From positions 26,637,331-26,701,330 of the forward strand of contig CM119265.1 of the NCBI GenBank assembly GCA_051294375.1: DNA of 64,000 nucleotides, read 5' to 3'. Each line of letters opens with the position of its first letter. The stretch's first letter is position 1. The notes under the pieces were generated by a model. It did no database searches. It worked only from the letters and a program-made list of their open reading frames with translations, and was not told the DNA's origin. Positions 1 to 11,847 of the stretch are shown here, piece after piece. This DNA is from Paraspadella gotoi (Eukaryota > Animalia > Chaetognatha). The position numbers and the translations under genes are program-made.

Positions 1-59
<59 letters not shown>

Positions 60-685
60 GAGTGCCTCTCCAATCTCGAGATGGCATCTGGAAAGTCGCC
101 CGCGCAGATTTAAAAATTTCATTATGAATTCGAATTCCGAATCCGCGTTTGAGCGCTTGTCCAGTAATATTAAGATCGAATAAAAAAATATTGAGAATTA
201 TTATGTTTATTTTTCATAATAAGTTTTAAATTTTCCAAATTATTATCAAGAAATTATGTTTTTAAAATACAAATAACTAATAAAATATTTTTTATATATT
301 ATTTATTTAGGGAGCCTGTACTTGTCTTTACTATGAATCTAACATTTAACATAATTTACACCCCCAAAAAATGTTAATACTTGATAATACTTAATAATAG
401 TATTATACATATTTTAATTTATTTAAACGAGCGCTTCATCGAACTTAAATCGACGTTCGACCGAAGAAATTAAACCGGAAACGCAGCTGAATTTTCCTCG
501 ACATCCGTTTGCGACGAAACAACCCAGGAAACACCCGAGGAAACGAGAAAACAGAAAAAAACAAAATGAAGAAAAAAAACTGAAATGGGTTAAAGATCAA
601 AAATTGAGCGAAGATGAAAATCGTTTAAACTCTTGAATTTTCAAGTTGACGCGCATTCGAATCGACTCATTGACTCATTTTAAGA

Positions 686-799
<114 letters not shown>

Positions 800-970
800 A
801 TCGATTTAAATTTCTCTTTAACTCGTTTCCATGGAAACCAGGTGGATCGCATCGATCTTCAAGTTGAACGAATTTTCGAGTTTCGAAATTTAAAAATCGT
901 TTTAAAACGAATTTGGAAGAAGTGAACGACCAGGTGTAAGAAGGACGATGACGACGATGACAACGACTAT

Positions 971-1004
<34 letters not shown>

Positions 1005-1446
1005 ATGATGACGATGACAAAGACGATGACGACGACGTTGACGACGACTACGACGACCATGAAGATGAATACATGTTTTCTTTACTAAATAACTAATTTT
1101 AAGTCTATTTTAAAAATGTTATAATGCTTAATTGTTTCCTTAGATTTTTTAAAAACTTTTTGCACAGCTTTTTTTTTCCTTGTTTGTTTGTTTTGTTTTT
1201 TTTTAATTTCCTTTCCCTTTTTTTCTCCTTTCTCGCTTCGTTCCTCCCCTTACTTCTTTCCTTTTTCTCTCTTCCTTCCTCCCTTTCTTCCTCCCTTTCC
1301 TTTCATTTCCTCCCTCTTTTCTTCTGGATCTCAGATCGTAAAACAGAGTCCAGGTCAAACAGAAAGAGAAAAAAAGACAAGCGAGGATTTTATCCTTTTC
1401 ATTCCACAGACTTTTATGGAGGAACTTCGTGTATTAGCGACATTAA

Positions 1447-1504
<58 letters not shown>

Positions 1505-2044
1505 TTTGTCAAGATCATAATGCTCATATGCTCATATTTCCGAGGGAGGAAAGTTGAAAAGCAATTTTCCGTTCTGCTGGTTCATTTCTTTGTCATTATT
1601 TATTTTGTCCCATTTTCAACATTTTAGTGTTGGCCACTTTTTTTAAAACTTTTTAAATTGTATTTTGTTCTGATAAACACACCAAATACAATAATATTGC
1701 ATACTCGTATGAAACGAGAACTAATTAAACTATAAAGGTAAAATAATCGCGTCGGATTGTCATTTTTAGATCATTTAAATTCATAGTTCAAATCGAGTTT
1801 CTTGTTCCGAGATGGAATTTTCGTTAAATTCCTCAAAAAGAAAGTAAAGATGAAATGTTTCTTTATCGCTGCAATTTTCGTCGTCGTTATCGTTGTCATC
1901 ATCGTAATCTTCATCATTATCATCATCTTCGTCATCATCATCGTCGTCGTCGTCGTCATCATCGTCTCCATCCAATTCGTCCTTCCGATTTTGACTTGAC
2001 GAATGTTTTAGCGTCAAAAAATTTGAATCTGATGAATGCGAATC

Positions 2045-2090
<46 letters not shown>

Positions 2091-2214
2091 AATGAATGCA
2101 ATTCAGAGTTTATCAGAAAAATGATCCTACCTCAGGTAAGTCGCTACCATTTTTTATTTGCCAATGTATTACTTACCATTCCATCCCTAAAATTTTGAAT
2201 ACTCACTTAATAAG

Positions 2215-2520
2215 TTAATACCACTTTTACAATCTTTTTTGCAAATCGTTAATACCACTTATACAATCGTTTTTGCCCTTGCAGAAACCTTTTTTTTTCA
2301 ACCATCGTTTTCTGCCATTTTAACCTAACTTTATGCCATTTTAACCGACCTCTATGCCATTTCATCCACCGATTCTTCCAATTTAACTACCGTCTCTTGC
2401 CATTTCAACTACCGTTTCTGCCATTTCAACAACCGTTTTATGCCATTTCAACCTCTGATATCTGCCATTTCAATCACCGCATTTTGCCATTTCAACCACC
2501 GTTTTTTGCCATTTCAACCA
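2215..2520 (+). repeat. Degenerate ~21-bp minisatellite (TGCCATTTCAACCACCGTTTT)
   Basis: GCCATTT(C/T)AAC core recurs about every 21 bp. Confidence 0.8.
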
Positions 2521-2625
2521 CTCTTAGTAATCCTCCCCCTTCCGCTTTTTTTACTCTTCTATTCTTCGCCCACGTTTCGTTTTTTAGGCCGAACTTTCAT
2601 CTACATTTACAATTTCGCCTTATCT

Positions 2626-2683
<58 letters not shown>

Positions 2684-3532
2684 CTCCTCTCGTTTTTCGA
2701 CTATTAGTCTCCTTGCTCGTTCTCCTCTCAACCAAAAAACAAAAGCGCGACCCACACATAAATGCTCTTTCCACACACACACGCAGCCCAAAAGTTTCCT
2801 GTGTCGTAAATGTGGTGGCGCACGCGATGTGTGTCTCTCTCTCTCGCGGTTGTGGTCGGCGTTGTGGGCGATTCTCGTTAATGTAGCTGTTTTGGGTTTT
2901 TTTTTATAAACTTGACTGTTGAATCGGTTGTTTTGACATTTGCTCAGTTGCTTTTGTCGAGTAATTTATGGAGACTTTAGCGTTTAAATTTGTACGAAAA
3001 AGAAATAAAACTTTTTTTTTTTACTTCATCAGACCGAACTGAAGTACGTACAGCTTTTCGCTTCGATAAATCGGTCACTTAACCTTGAGTGTGAGTGGAA
3101 AATCTATTAGGTGACTGATCAATTAACGAATTACGTCCATACGATCAAAATTGTCGTCGTCATTGTCGTCGTCGTCGTCGTCGTCGTCGTCAATACATAA
3201 ATTCGCAAGTTAAATTAGCTTCCGTGAAATTTCTGACAATTCATATTTTCTTTTTGGTTGAAAAACTTCAGATCAAAACCGATGAAATAAAAATAAGAAT
3301 ATTGTTTTGTTTTTTTTTGTTTTTTTTATCATGGTAGATCAACACGGAGAAAATTTGGTCCCAAAACATCGAGATATCGACTGTTTAGATTCGTTTCAAT
3401 TCAATTCAAATCAATCTTTATTATTGTGGTAATTCTTTTTACATGTTAACATTCTTTTTTGTTCATTTGTCATATTTAACATCAAAAAACGGTTAAGCAG
3501 AAAATAAATAAAAACTAAACAAGAATCAAAAA

Positions 3533-3840
3533 TGGGCACAATTTTCCAAAATTGACCCCGCTCTGTTATTCACTGAACATAATTTTAATTTAACTTTAGT
3601 TTAAATATCTAAATATGATTTTTTACCAAATTTTTAACTCAATCCCTAACCCTTATCCTTAACCCGAATGCTTTTCTTTATTTCCCAACCCTAAGTAACT
3701 CCTGACCTTAATTCTGACCTTAATCCTGACTTTAATCCTAACCTTAATCATGACCTTAATCCTGACCTTAATCGTGACCTTAATCCTGACCTTAATCCTG
3801 ACTTTAATCCTTAACCACAACTCCATCTCAAATCCTTAAT
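3533..3840. mobile_element. Related copy of the telomere-like-repeat element, opposite orientation
   Basis: AAATTTTTAACTCAATCCCTAACCCT (3628) matches the reverse complement of 13171-13196. It has a similar end (GGGCACAATTTTCCA) and about 9 copies of the 12-mer CCTGACCTTAAT (3701-3812). Confidence 0.55.
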
Positions 3841-4100
3841 TTAATTCATTATCGGTACCAATTTTATATATATTTTTTTTATATCATTTAAGTAAGTAGA
3901 CAGATATTTCAATATGAAACCAAAGTGGAATTTTATTCTCAGAAAATAGACATGAAGACAGTGTCAATTTTCAGACAGTGAATCAAAGCAGAAACAGAGG
4001 CTATTTATAATGGGCAAGTAGACGAAGCCAGATTCCTTTTCCGGAATCCTCCTCTTCCTCTTCTGGAACCTTCTTTTCCTCTTCCGGAAACTATTGTTCC

Positions 4101-4766
4101 TGTTAAAGAGTTTATGATGATTTTTATCTGAGTTGGGCCCTGACCTTTTATTTTTTAATGGTTCAAATATCTGAGTTTAAAGTTTAATTGAATGACTCCA
4201 ATAGTTCTGTTTAAAGTCTCTAATTGGTTGAATATTATACCTTGAATTTGAATATCTGGTCTCTCATTGGTTAATAATAACTAGTAGATGTTTTGATCTT
4301 ATTCTTAAAATGTGAATTCTCCTCTCATTGGTTGTAATAATTGTGTCCTTGTATATAAAAGGAGAGTAAATTCTTAATTTTTGGGAGATTTTTCTGAGAC
4401 CATCAGGTATTAAATGATATTTGTGAAATTATTTGAATATGGTAATTAATTTTAAGCTTTTATGTAGCTTTGAGCTGTTGCTGCGTCTCGGTTCTGCTGC
4501 TACTGTTGCTGCGTCTCGGCTCTGTTGCTGCATCTCGGTTCTACTGCTACTGTTGCTGGGTCTCGGCTCTACTACTGCTGCTGTATTTTGGTTCTGTCAT
4601 TCTGATGCACGTTTTTCAATGATTATTTGGATATTGAATACTTAAATAAGTTATTATTCTATTTTTACTCTTTGAATATATGGATTTGAGTTAATATTAA
4701 GTCAAGATTAAGCACTGCTCAATGTTCTCATCTGAAACTGAAGAACCCCCCAAGGAATCTTCCACA
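4101..4766 (+). mobile_element. Solo LTR (666 bp) with 5-bp target-site duplication
   Basis: Begins TGTT and ends CACA. It is flanked on both sides by GTTCC (4096-4100 and 4767-4771). It contains three ATTGG (CCAAT) boxes at ~4224, 4266 and 4327, and TATATAAAA at ~4352. Confidence 0.82.
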
Positions 4767-5063
4767 GTTCCTTTTCTGGATTTGGCTTCCAAAATCCCGT
4801 TCAAAGTTATTCCAGAATCTTCTTCCTCTTCCGGAATCCTCTTCCTTAATCCTTTCCTCGTTCCGGGTTTCATTCCTCTGTGATCAAATAGTTCCATGCG
4901 ATTCTATTTTATTCCATCTTTGGAATTGTTAGATATTCCTATAATGATATATATATTTTTTAATTTAAAAATAATTAAATTCTGAATTAAAGTTAAAATT
5001 GGACACTATTGTAAAACATAGCCTAGTTCGGCCTCTTAACTTGAAAAATGAAAGAAAGAAAGC

Positions 5064-5330
5064 TCATTTTCCCTTCCACCTCAGCAGCAGCAGGAGCAGC
5101 GTCAGACCCGCGACGATGACGCAGTATCCCGCCCCCAGCGCCACGAACACGAGCCCGTAATTCCAAAATGTGGGCGTTGCCCCTAAATTGACGGCGTCGT
5201 TGGCGCCAACGATGGCGCCGACTGCGATGGGTCCGGCGGCGGCAAGGATCATAGAGATGGCGGAAGTGACGCCGTTAATGACGCCGAGAGCGCCGGGCGA
5301 AGAGTGGGCGTTGACGAGGAGGTAGAGAGA
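5064..5330 (-). CDS. MFS gene exon 5 (about TM11-TM12, stop)
   Basis: CTTCCTGCCACAG acceptor, phase 0. Encodes SLYLLVNAHSSPGALGVINGVTSAISMILAAAGPIAVG...LLLRWKGK*. Confidence 0.88.
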   Translation of the reverse strand, partial: SLYLLVNAHSSPGALGVINGVTSAISMILAAAGPIAVGAIVGANDAVNLGATPTFWNYGLVFVALGAGYCVIVAGLTLLLLLLRWKGK

Positions 5331-8300
5331 CTGTGGCAGGAAGAGGCGGAGGGGCAAGAAAGACTTTAACACTTTCTTTTTATTAATACCAAAAACACTA
5401 TTAACGAAAATCGGTAAGAAAATCAATAACTGAAAACAGAAGACACTAATATGAAAAATTAAAACATTAATAAAATGTTAAGAACCAATTAATCAAAACT
5501 ACAAAAACAAACGTTCAAAAACTAAAACTTGAAAATTATAGAAACAAAAACAAAAAAGTCGAAACAATATATTTATAAAAACATGAATTAAAATTTAAAA
5601 TTTCTACATTAAAATTAGTACTTGGGCTACTAAACCGTTTTCAAATGTTACTTATTTAAGGGAATTCATTGTATTTACATTGCATTTAAATTAAATTTAA
5701 ATATGCTATAATACAGTACATAATATAATAGTTTCTAATCTTTCAGAACGGATTCTGATTGAGATCACAAAGTATGATAAAGATTATTATTACAACTTTT
5801 AAAAATTGTTACTATTCATGTAAATGGGTAAAAAAATTAAAATTAAAAATGTCTCTTGCCTGCAACAACAAAAACGAACTCCCACGCTGCAGCGTAAACA
5901 GTACGCCCAGCAGAGCAGGACGCGTCGCATCCGAGGCGCCGCCCAATTTGACGCCGGGCAGAGCGACGGTGAAGGCGGCGGCGAGGACGCCGCCGATAAC
6001 GCCGGCGGCGACGTCGCCAACGCGGCCGACGACGCCGGGCGCGACGACGGCGACGACGACGACGGCCACGTTAGGCAGGCCGGCGACCAGGCCAAGATCG
6101 AAGGTCAACAGGCCAGCGCCGCCGTGGGAAGACGCCAGACCGCCCCAAAGAGACAGCGCCTCTCGCGATCCTTTGGAGACGAAAGCGTAAAGGGCGTTGG
6201 CGATGATGACGATGGCGAGGGAGGAGGAGGAGGAGGAAGCGGAGGAAGAGGAAGAAGAGCAGGATGCGCAGCAGCAGCAGTAGAGAGAAGAAGATTCTGG
6301 AAAAAAACAAATACTCCTAATCTCATTTGCATATTGTAGTAAAACGACTTGTTTTGTTCTTCGAATATTTGAGACCATTTCATCTTAGAAAAAAGATTTT
6401 TTTTTGTTATTTATTTAACTTTTTTAATTAGAACTTTGACAAAAGTTACCTATTATTATTCAAACCTACAAAACTGTTTGACCATTTTACAATGTCATGA
6501 AACTCGTATGCCTCTGTCGCTTTAAAAAGAAACTAAAACGAGATCTCGTTGAAATCCTTCCATAGCCTTGCTTGTACCTTTGATTATAGGGCTCTATCCT
6601 GTTTGCCCTTACGTCCTGTTGGAACGGAATTTTTTAGAAATGCTTCCAATAAAAAATCATACCAACGAAGGAGGCGTGGGTTCGAATCTCACCGCTGCCA
6701 CCACAATGAAGGAAGTAGGCGTGGTAGATTATGCAGAGAAAAGGCAGGCAATAAACAATATAACAAATAGTCCATAAGGAGTTTGATGTTTGTTTCTTGA
6801 AGGTAAGTTGAATAGTGATCCAGTTCCCTCTCTCGTTTCTCTGCCGTGGGTTTCCTGAGGGAAGCCTCCTCTCTGATTGGTCAATAAGAAGAAAAGACGG
6901 AGAAGCCAAGAGAGGCAAGCTCTCTGATTGGTCAATCAGAAGAAAAGACGGAGAAGCCAAGAGAGACAAGCCACTAGATAATCCATTCTCTGCGTTGATA
7001 CTGCTGAGTTATTTTCGAAAATTTAAAAGAAATCCCCGGATTATAAATAAATAAACGGATGACAAACTTTGATCTGTGTTTTAATTTGGTTATGAGTTGG
7101 TTTATTTATTTAAAAAGATTCTGGAAAAAAACAAATCCTCTTAATCTCATTTGCATATTGTAGTAAGACGACATGTTTTGTTCTTCGAATATTTAGAAAT
7201 ATTTATTTTTTACAAAGGTTAAATTTCTTATTAATTTTTGTTTTTTATTATTTTTTTTTATTAATAAGCATTTCAACAGAAATTACGTATTATTATTGAA
7301 ACCTGCAAAACTGTTACTATATTACGACATTCATATGCCTTTATTGCTTTAAAAATAAACTAAAAACAAAATATCGTTAAAATCCCTCCATGGTTTTTGA
7401 TGTTCCCGTAACTTTGGGACTAACCTACTTGTCCTTACGTGCTGTTGGTGCGAAACTTATTAGATATACTTCTAATATATATATATAGTATATGTCCATT
7501 GTCAAGTGTCCATCGTCCAATATAAAATCATGGATCTCGAGGTGAAAATCAAAGATGAGATTTTTTTCTGAGAATAAGGATGACGTGGGACACACTAGGG
7601 AGTCTTGAAATGAAATGAAATGAAATGAAATGAAATGAAATGCTTCTGAAACTAAGGAAAGCTAAGTCTATTTATATCTGAGGGAGAGGATCAGAGGCAA
7701 GAGTGATTTTGACAGTTCTATCAATTCTGCACGCTGATCGGTCGATTTCAGTTCCTGCGATGATTCATATTCAATATATATGTTAGAGCTATTTGCGAAA
7801 ATTTAAATGAAGTTCCCGTCGTATATATAAATAAACATAATAAAAAAAAATTAAAATGTTGCTTTGCGTTTGAATTTAGTTATTAGTTAGTTTAATAAGT
7901 TATTTAACTTTATGTATCATTTAGTTACCGCAACAGAGAGAGTCGTCATTGTCGATATTATTGACCCGTTCGTCCGTCACTTCAGCGCGATGGACGATTC
8001 TGTCGTCGTCGTCGTCGTTCAAGATGTAATCCATGTCGTCGAGATCCGACGTGAGATTCCTCTTCACTTCCTCCTCCTCCTCCTCCTCCTTCCTTTCGAG
8101 GAAGACGAAGACGAGGAAGAAAGCGATGATGCAGACGAGGAGGTGAGACACGCCGACGAGGAGGAAGGGACGGTCGGGGACGAGGTAGGGAGTGAGGGAG
8201 GGAGCTGAGGAGTGGGAGGGGACGGGAGGAGAGAGGGGAGGAAAGAGAGAAGGAAGGAGAAAGGATTAGAGAGGAAAAGAAGGAGAGGAAAGGGGGGGGG

Positions 8301-9409
8301 AGGAAGAATGAAACGATAAAGACACAAAAGAGGATTAAGGAAAATAGAAAATAATGTCAGTATTTCTTTAAACGTAACAACTAAAGAACAGGGAGTAGAA
8401 ATACTATTAAAGAAATTCACCAGAAGGTATAAGTTTAGGAACAATATTTAGCAATATCTAGCAAATAGACTATTGGTGATTATTAATCTATATTTATTTT
8501 TATGTTTTAACAGTCCCAGTCAGCCTATTTTATATGTAGTATTATTTCTATGAAGAATTGCAAATTACATGTTTTACTATATTAGACTTTTTATTGAAAT
8601 TTAAAAATTAATGTAAAAATTTAATTTATTTCACTATGTATTATATTTAATTATATTCTTTATATAATATATATTCTTTTATAATGTAATGATGAGCAGG
8701 CTGTTATTTGTCTTCTGTTCTGTATTTGTATATAATGTCAAAATTTTATTATTTTTTAATCTGAAGACAGAATCAGATTTCTCATGAAATAAATTCGTTT
8801 TTAATTTCCTATTTAAAAATTTTAGCCTATTACATAATATCACTATTTACAAATATAGTTCATGGAGTCCAGTTATGTATAATTTTTTTTTTTAAATTAC
8901 CAAAGTGGGTTTTTATTTTCATAATCTATAGACTAATTTTTTTAATGAAATTTTATAATTTTCACATCACTCTACCACCTGCAACCACCCGGCACGATCG
9001 GTCCCGCCGTCGTCCCAGCTTGCCACTAAGCAGAAACAATCCACTTTGACACTCTGCCGGCGCCGTTTCGTCGATCCGAGTCGTCGCGCGCGGCGGCGCG
9101 AACGACGCCGCCCGCGTCGGCGACCCGCCGATGAGGCGCCACGCCAGCACGCCGTAGAATGATCTCGCGATGCCAAAAGAAAGACGCGGCGCCGAGGAAA
9201 AGGAGGGAAGGAAGGAGAACGGCGCGCGCTCCAATCGATCGGAGAGGCGACCCCAGAGGGCGTTGCACATGCCGGCGAAAAAGACGCCTTTGTTTTTTTT
9301 TGTTTGTTTTTTTTTAAGGAGGTTGGGGGGTGGGGAGAATGGAGGGAGAGGGGGGGGCAAAAGGCGGTGTCGGAAAGATCGTTACGATTATAATATAGAG
9401 ACATAGTTT

Positions 9410-9463
<54 letters not shown>

Positions 9464-9662
9464 CCTCTCTCTCTCTCTCTCACTTATCATTCAATACCCG
9501 CCGTAGTCCACGTCCTCTCAATCCAAAATCTCTCACGACTTGCGGAGCAATGCTGTAGACGGCGCTAAAGCCGAAGGAAGTGGCGAAGGTGGCGGCGTTG
9601 ATCGCCAAGAGCGCTGTCCACCGGCGTCCAAGCGTCGACATGGCGCCGGGAGGCGGCGTCAT
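5064..9662 (-). CDS. Spliced gene for a major facilitator superfamily transporter (ZIFL-like / DHA1-type), 5 exons
   Basis: GC-rich exons joined by eye give MFS motif A (WGRLSDRIGAR), an antiporter-motif-like segment (WQAGTTAGPIVAGWL), DRPFLL, EALSLW..SSHGGAG and LLVNAHS..GALGVINGV..AAAGPI. These resemble plant ZIFL1-type landmarks as I recall them (no search run). The ATG sits in a GCCGCCATG Kozak context. Exons 3/4 and 4/5 are phase-compatible. Confidence 0.88.
5860..6296 (-). CDS. MFS gene exon 4 (about TM7-TM10)
   Basis: TTTTTTTCCAG acceptor whose phase matches exon 3 (G|AA=Glu). Open hydrophobic frame ..LAIVIIANALYAFVSKGSREALSLWGGLASSHGGAG..SFLLLQ. Probable GC donor CAG|GCAAGA. Confidence 0.88.
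6670..6703 (+). pseudogene. 3' fragment of tRNA-Leu including CCA (extended primer-binding site)
   Basis: GGAGGCGTGGGTTCGAATCTCACCGCTGCCA+CCA matches the metazoan tRNA-Leu(AAG/TAG) variable-arm end, T-arm and acceptor strand as I recall it (1 mismatch). No 5' half is present. Confidence 0.85.
6707..7064 (-). mobile_element. LTR (~358 bp) of an LTR retrotransposon, in MFS intron 3
   Basis: On the minus strand it runs TGTCATCC...CCTTCA and has a tandem ~49-bp CCAAT-containing repeat (6870-6965). Three nt after its end comes TGGTGGCAGCGG, a tRNA-Leu primer-binding site. Confidence 0.72.
7929..8204 (-). CDS. MFS gene exon 3 (TM6 plus acidic central loop)
   Basis: Long pyrimidine tract and CAG acceptor at 8205-8207. 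Open frame PSLTPYLVPDRPFLLVGVSHLLVCIIAFFLVFVFLERKEEE...SLCC. Phase-1 donor G|GTAACT at 7928. Confidence 0.85.
8979..9287 (-). CDS. MFS gene exon 2 (motif A region), with about 4 frameshifts
   Basis: Frames alternate: GVFFAGMCNALWGRLSDR / IGARAVLLPSLLFLGAASF / FGIARSFYGVLAWRLIGG / VADAGGVVRAAARD...WIVSA / AGWL. Acceptor AAG|GC at 9288; donor CAG|GTGGT at 8978. Confidence 0.8.
9488..9662 (-). CDS. MFS gene exon 1 (TM1: LLAINAATFATSFGFSAVYSIAPQVVRDFGL)
   Basis: Kozak ATG at 9662, then a hydrophobic helix followed by VRDFG. There is an apparent indel near the 3' end. The donor reads G|ATAAGT, or a GT lies at 9483, so the boundary is uncertain. Confidence 0.75.
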
Positions 9663-10967
9663 GGCGGCGAAAAGAGCCCCGCTTTGGGGGCCTCGGCCGT
9701 TGATCGGGCTCCGTTCGCGCGAATTAAGTTTTTTTTAACATTTTTTTTTGTATAATTTCTATTACTGCTTTCGGTATTTATTAGTGAACTCTTTTTACTT
9801 TTGAGTTAGTTAACTTAGCATCTATTACAATTTTTAAAATAGGATGGATTGACAAAAAATAAAAAAATAAAAAGAGTCCCTGGAGGAAAAAAAAAATAAA
9901 ATGACGATTAACAAGACGGAAAAAATATAATTTATATTATTATAAACGCGAGTAAAATGTCTGTTTTTTGTTTTGTTTTGTTTTGTTTTTTGTTTTTTTT
10001 TCTCTTCTCGATTAAAAATAGTAAAAATAGTAAAAAATCAAAATTGCGAACAGTTTAGAGTCCCGAAATTGCGGAGGTCAAATCTCATTGGATAATCGAG
10101 CAAAATCACAGGGAAATAAATCGGATTAAAACGGTGATGCTTTAATGATTGCGAGTGACTCTGAACGGTGAATGTTGGTGAGAGTAGGGTGACTCGGTTT
10201 GAGAAAAATTTAATAATTAACTGTTTAAAAATTTATACTAAAGATTATAACCAATGTGTTCGGTTGTTAATTACGTTAATTACGTTGTTAATTGCATACA
10301 ATTTTTTTTCTTTTGAGCCGTAATTGTAAAATTGAATTGTTTTTTTATGAAAAAAATCACAAAATTTTGACTTACCTTAATAATGTAATTTCCGTGATGC
10401 ATACGTCTCGTTAGCATCGATTAAAACATGACTCAACGGATAGTGATTTAAAATGTATTCAATAAGCAATAGTACATTAATTAAGTTTTTGCCCTTTCAA
10501 CCTGATCAACAATATTTAAAACCGATTGTAGAAAACGACTAAAATAACGAGTAATCCTTTGAAAATCTTTCTAAAGCTTCTAATATTTTTTTTATTTTTT
10601 TTTTAATACAAATTTATTCTGTCAAGACAAAAAATGCTTTAATTCAAAATACAATTTAAATTCAGAAAAGTCGACAGTCGATCGAATTTCGTCTCACATC
10701 TATTTATTTAATAAAGGGAACTTTATTTAGTTGAATGACAAAATAGGAATTTGATCGATCGAGGCTGAATATTTTTATAAAGGTAAAAAAATAAAGACTT
10801 TTTATAAAGGTAAAAATAAAGGATTTTTGATAAATAGTTTTATTGTCAATTTGTCATTTTTTCCTAAAAAAATTACTACATAATTTACTTAATGATTAAG
10901 GACAAACAGACAAACTGACCGACCGAAAAATACCTTACTGTACAATTCGCCTCAAAGAAATGATTGT

Positions 10968-11060
10968 TTCTATTTTCCGCTTCTATTTTCCGCTTCTATT
11001 TTCCACTTCTATTTTTCGCTTCTATTTTCCGCTTCTATTTTCCGCTTCGATTTTCCGTTT
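10968..11060 (+). repeat. 13-bp tandem repeat (TTCTATTTTCCGC), about 6-7 copies
   Basis: Directly visible tandem units. Confidence 0.9.
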
Positions 11061-11124
11061 CTACTACCGATGTACTTAAATGTTTCCTCTACCTTTTCTT
11101 CTTCTCTCCTGTCACCGCCTCTTT

Positions 11125-11192
<68 letters not shown>

Positions 11193-11404
11193 CCGAATAA
11201 TGTCGATTTCCCCATATTAGTCACGACAGTCGCTCATTATCTCCTTCTTTCTCCTTCTTTCTCCTTCTTTCTTCTTCTTCCTCCTTCCTAGTCATCACCA
11301 TTTGTCTTTGACTCGGGAGGACGACCTTACCCAATTTTCCCTTCGCTCGACTTACCTCGTTCGACTTACCCCGATTCGATCCCAAGGAAAGAAGACTCTT
11401 TCCG

Positions 11405-11700
11405 CCTAAAAAGTTTTCTCCTCTTCTCTTCTCTTTCCTACCTCTCTTCTTCTCTTTTCTCCTCTTTTCTTTTCTTTCCTACCTCTCTTTTCTCCTCCTT
11501 TCTTCTCTTTCCTACCTCTCTCCTTCTCTTTTCTTCTCTTCTCTTCTCTTTCCTACTTCTCTCTTCTTTTTTCTCCTCTTTTCTCTTTCCTACCTCTCTC
11601 CTTCTCTTTTCAGTTCTTCTCTTATTTTTTCCTACCTCTCTCCTTCTCTTTTCTCTTCTTTCCTACCACTCTCATTCTCTTTTCTCCCCTTCTCTTCTCA
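11405..11700 (+). repeat. Polypyrimidine minisatellite with a CTTTCCTACCTCTC core
   Basis: The core recurs about 8 times. Confidence 0.75.
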
Positions 11701-11757
11701 TATCATCACATCTACTCTTATCCCTATTTTTTCTTTTTCCTCACCTCCTATATTTTT

Positions 11758-11847
<90 letters not shown>

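Larger units (their letters stand above)
6290..7475 (+). repeat. Diverged ~360-bp direct duplication (6290-6650 and 7113-7475) flanking the LTR
   Basis: Both copies start AAGATTCTGGAAAAAAACAAAT.CTC.TAATCTCATTTGCATATTGTAGTAA.ACGAC.TGTTTTGTTCTTCGAATATTT and remain alignable to CCTTACGT.CTGTTGG. Confidence 0.85.

Noticed and set aside
6620-6703. Functional tRNA-Leu gene
   Set aside because: The 5' half, D-arm and anticodon are absent, and CCA is encoded, indicating a reverse-transcribed copy.
8760-8800. Other CTGANGA...GAAA strings as hammerheads (also 2030, 21639)
   Set aside because: No complementary helix II between the core motifs.
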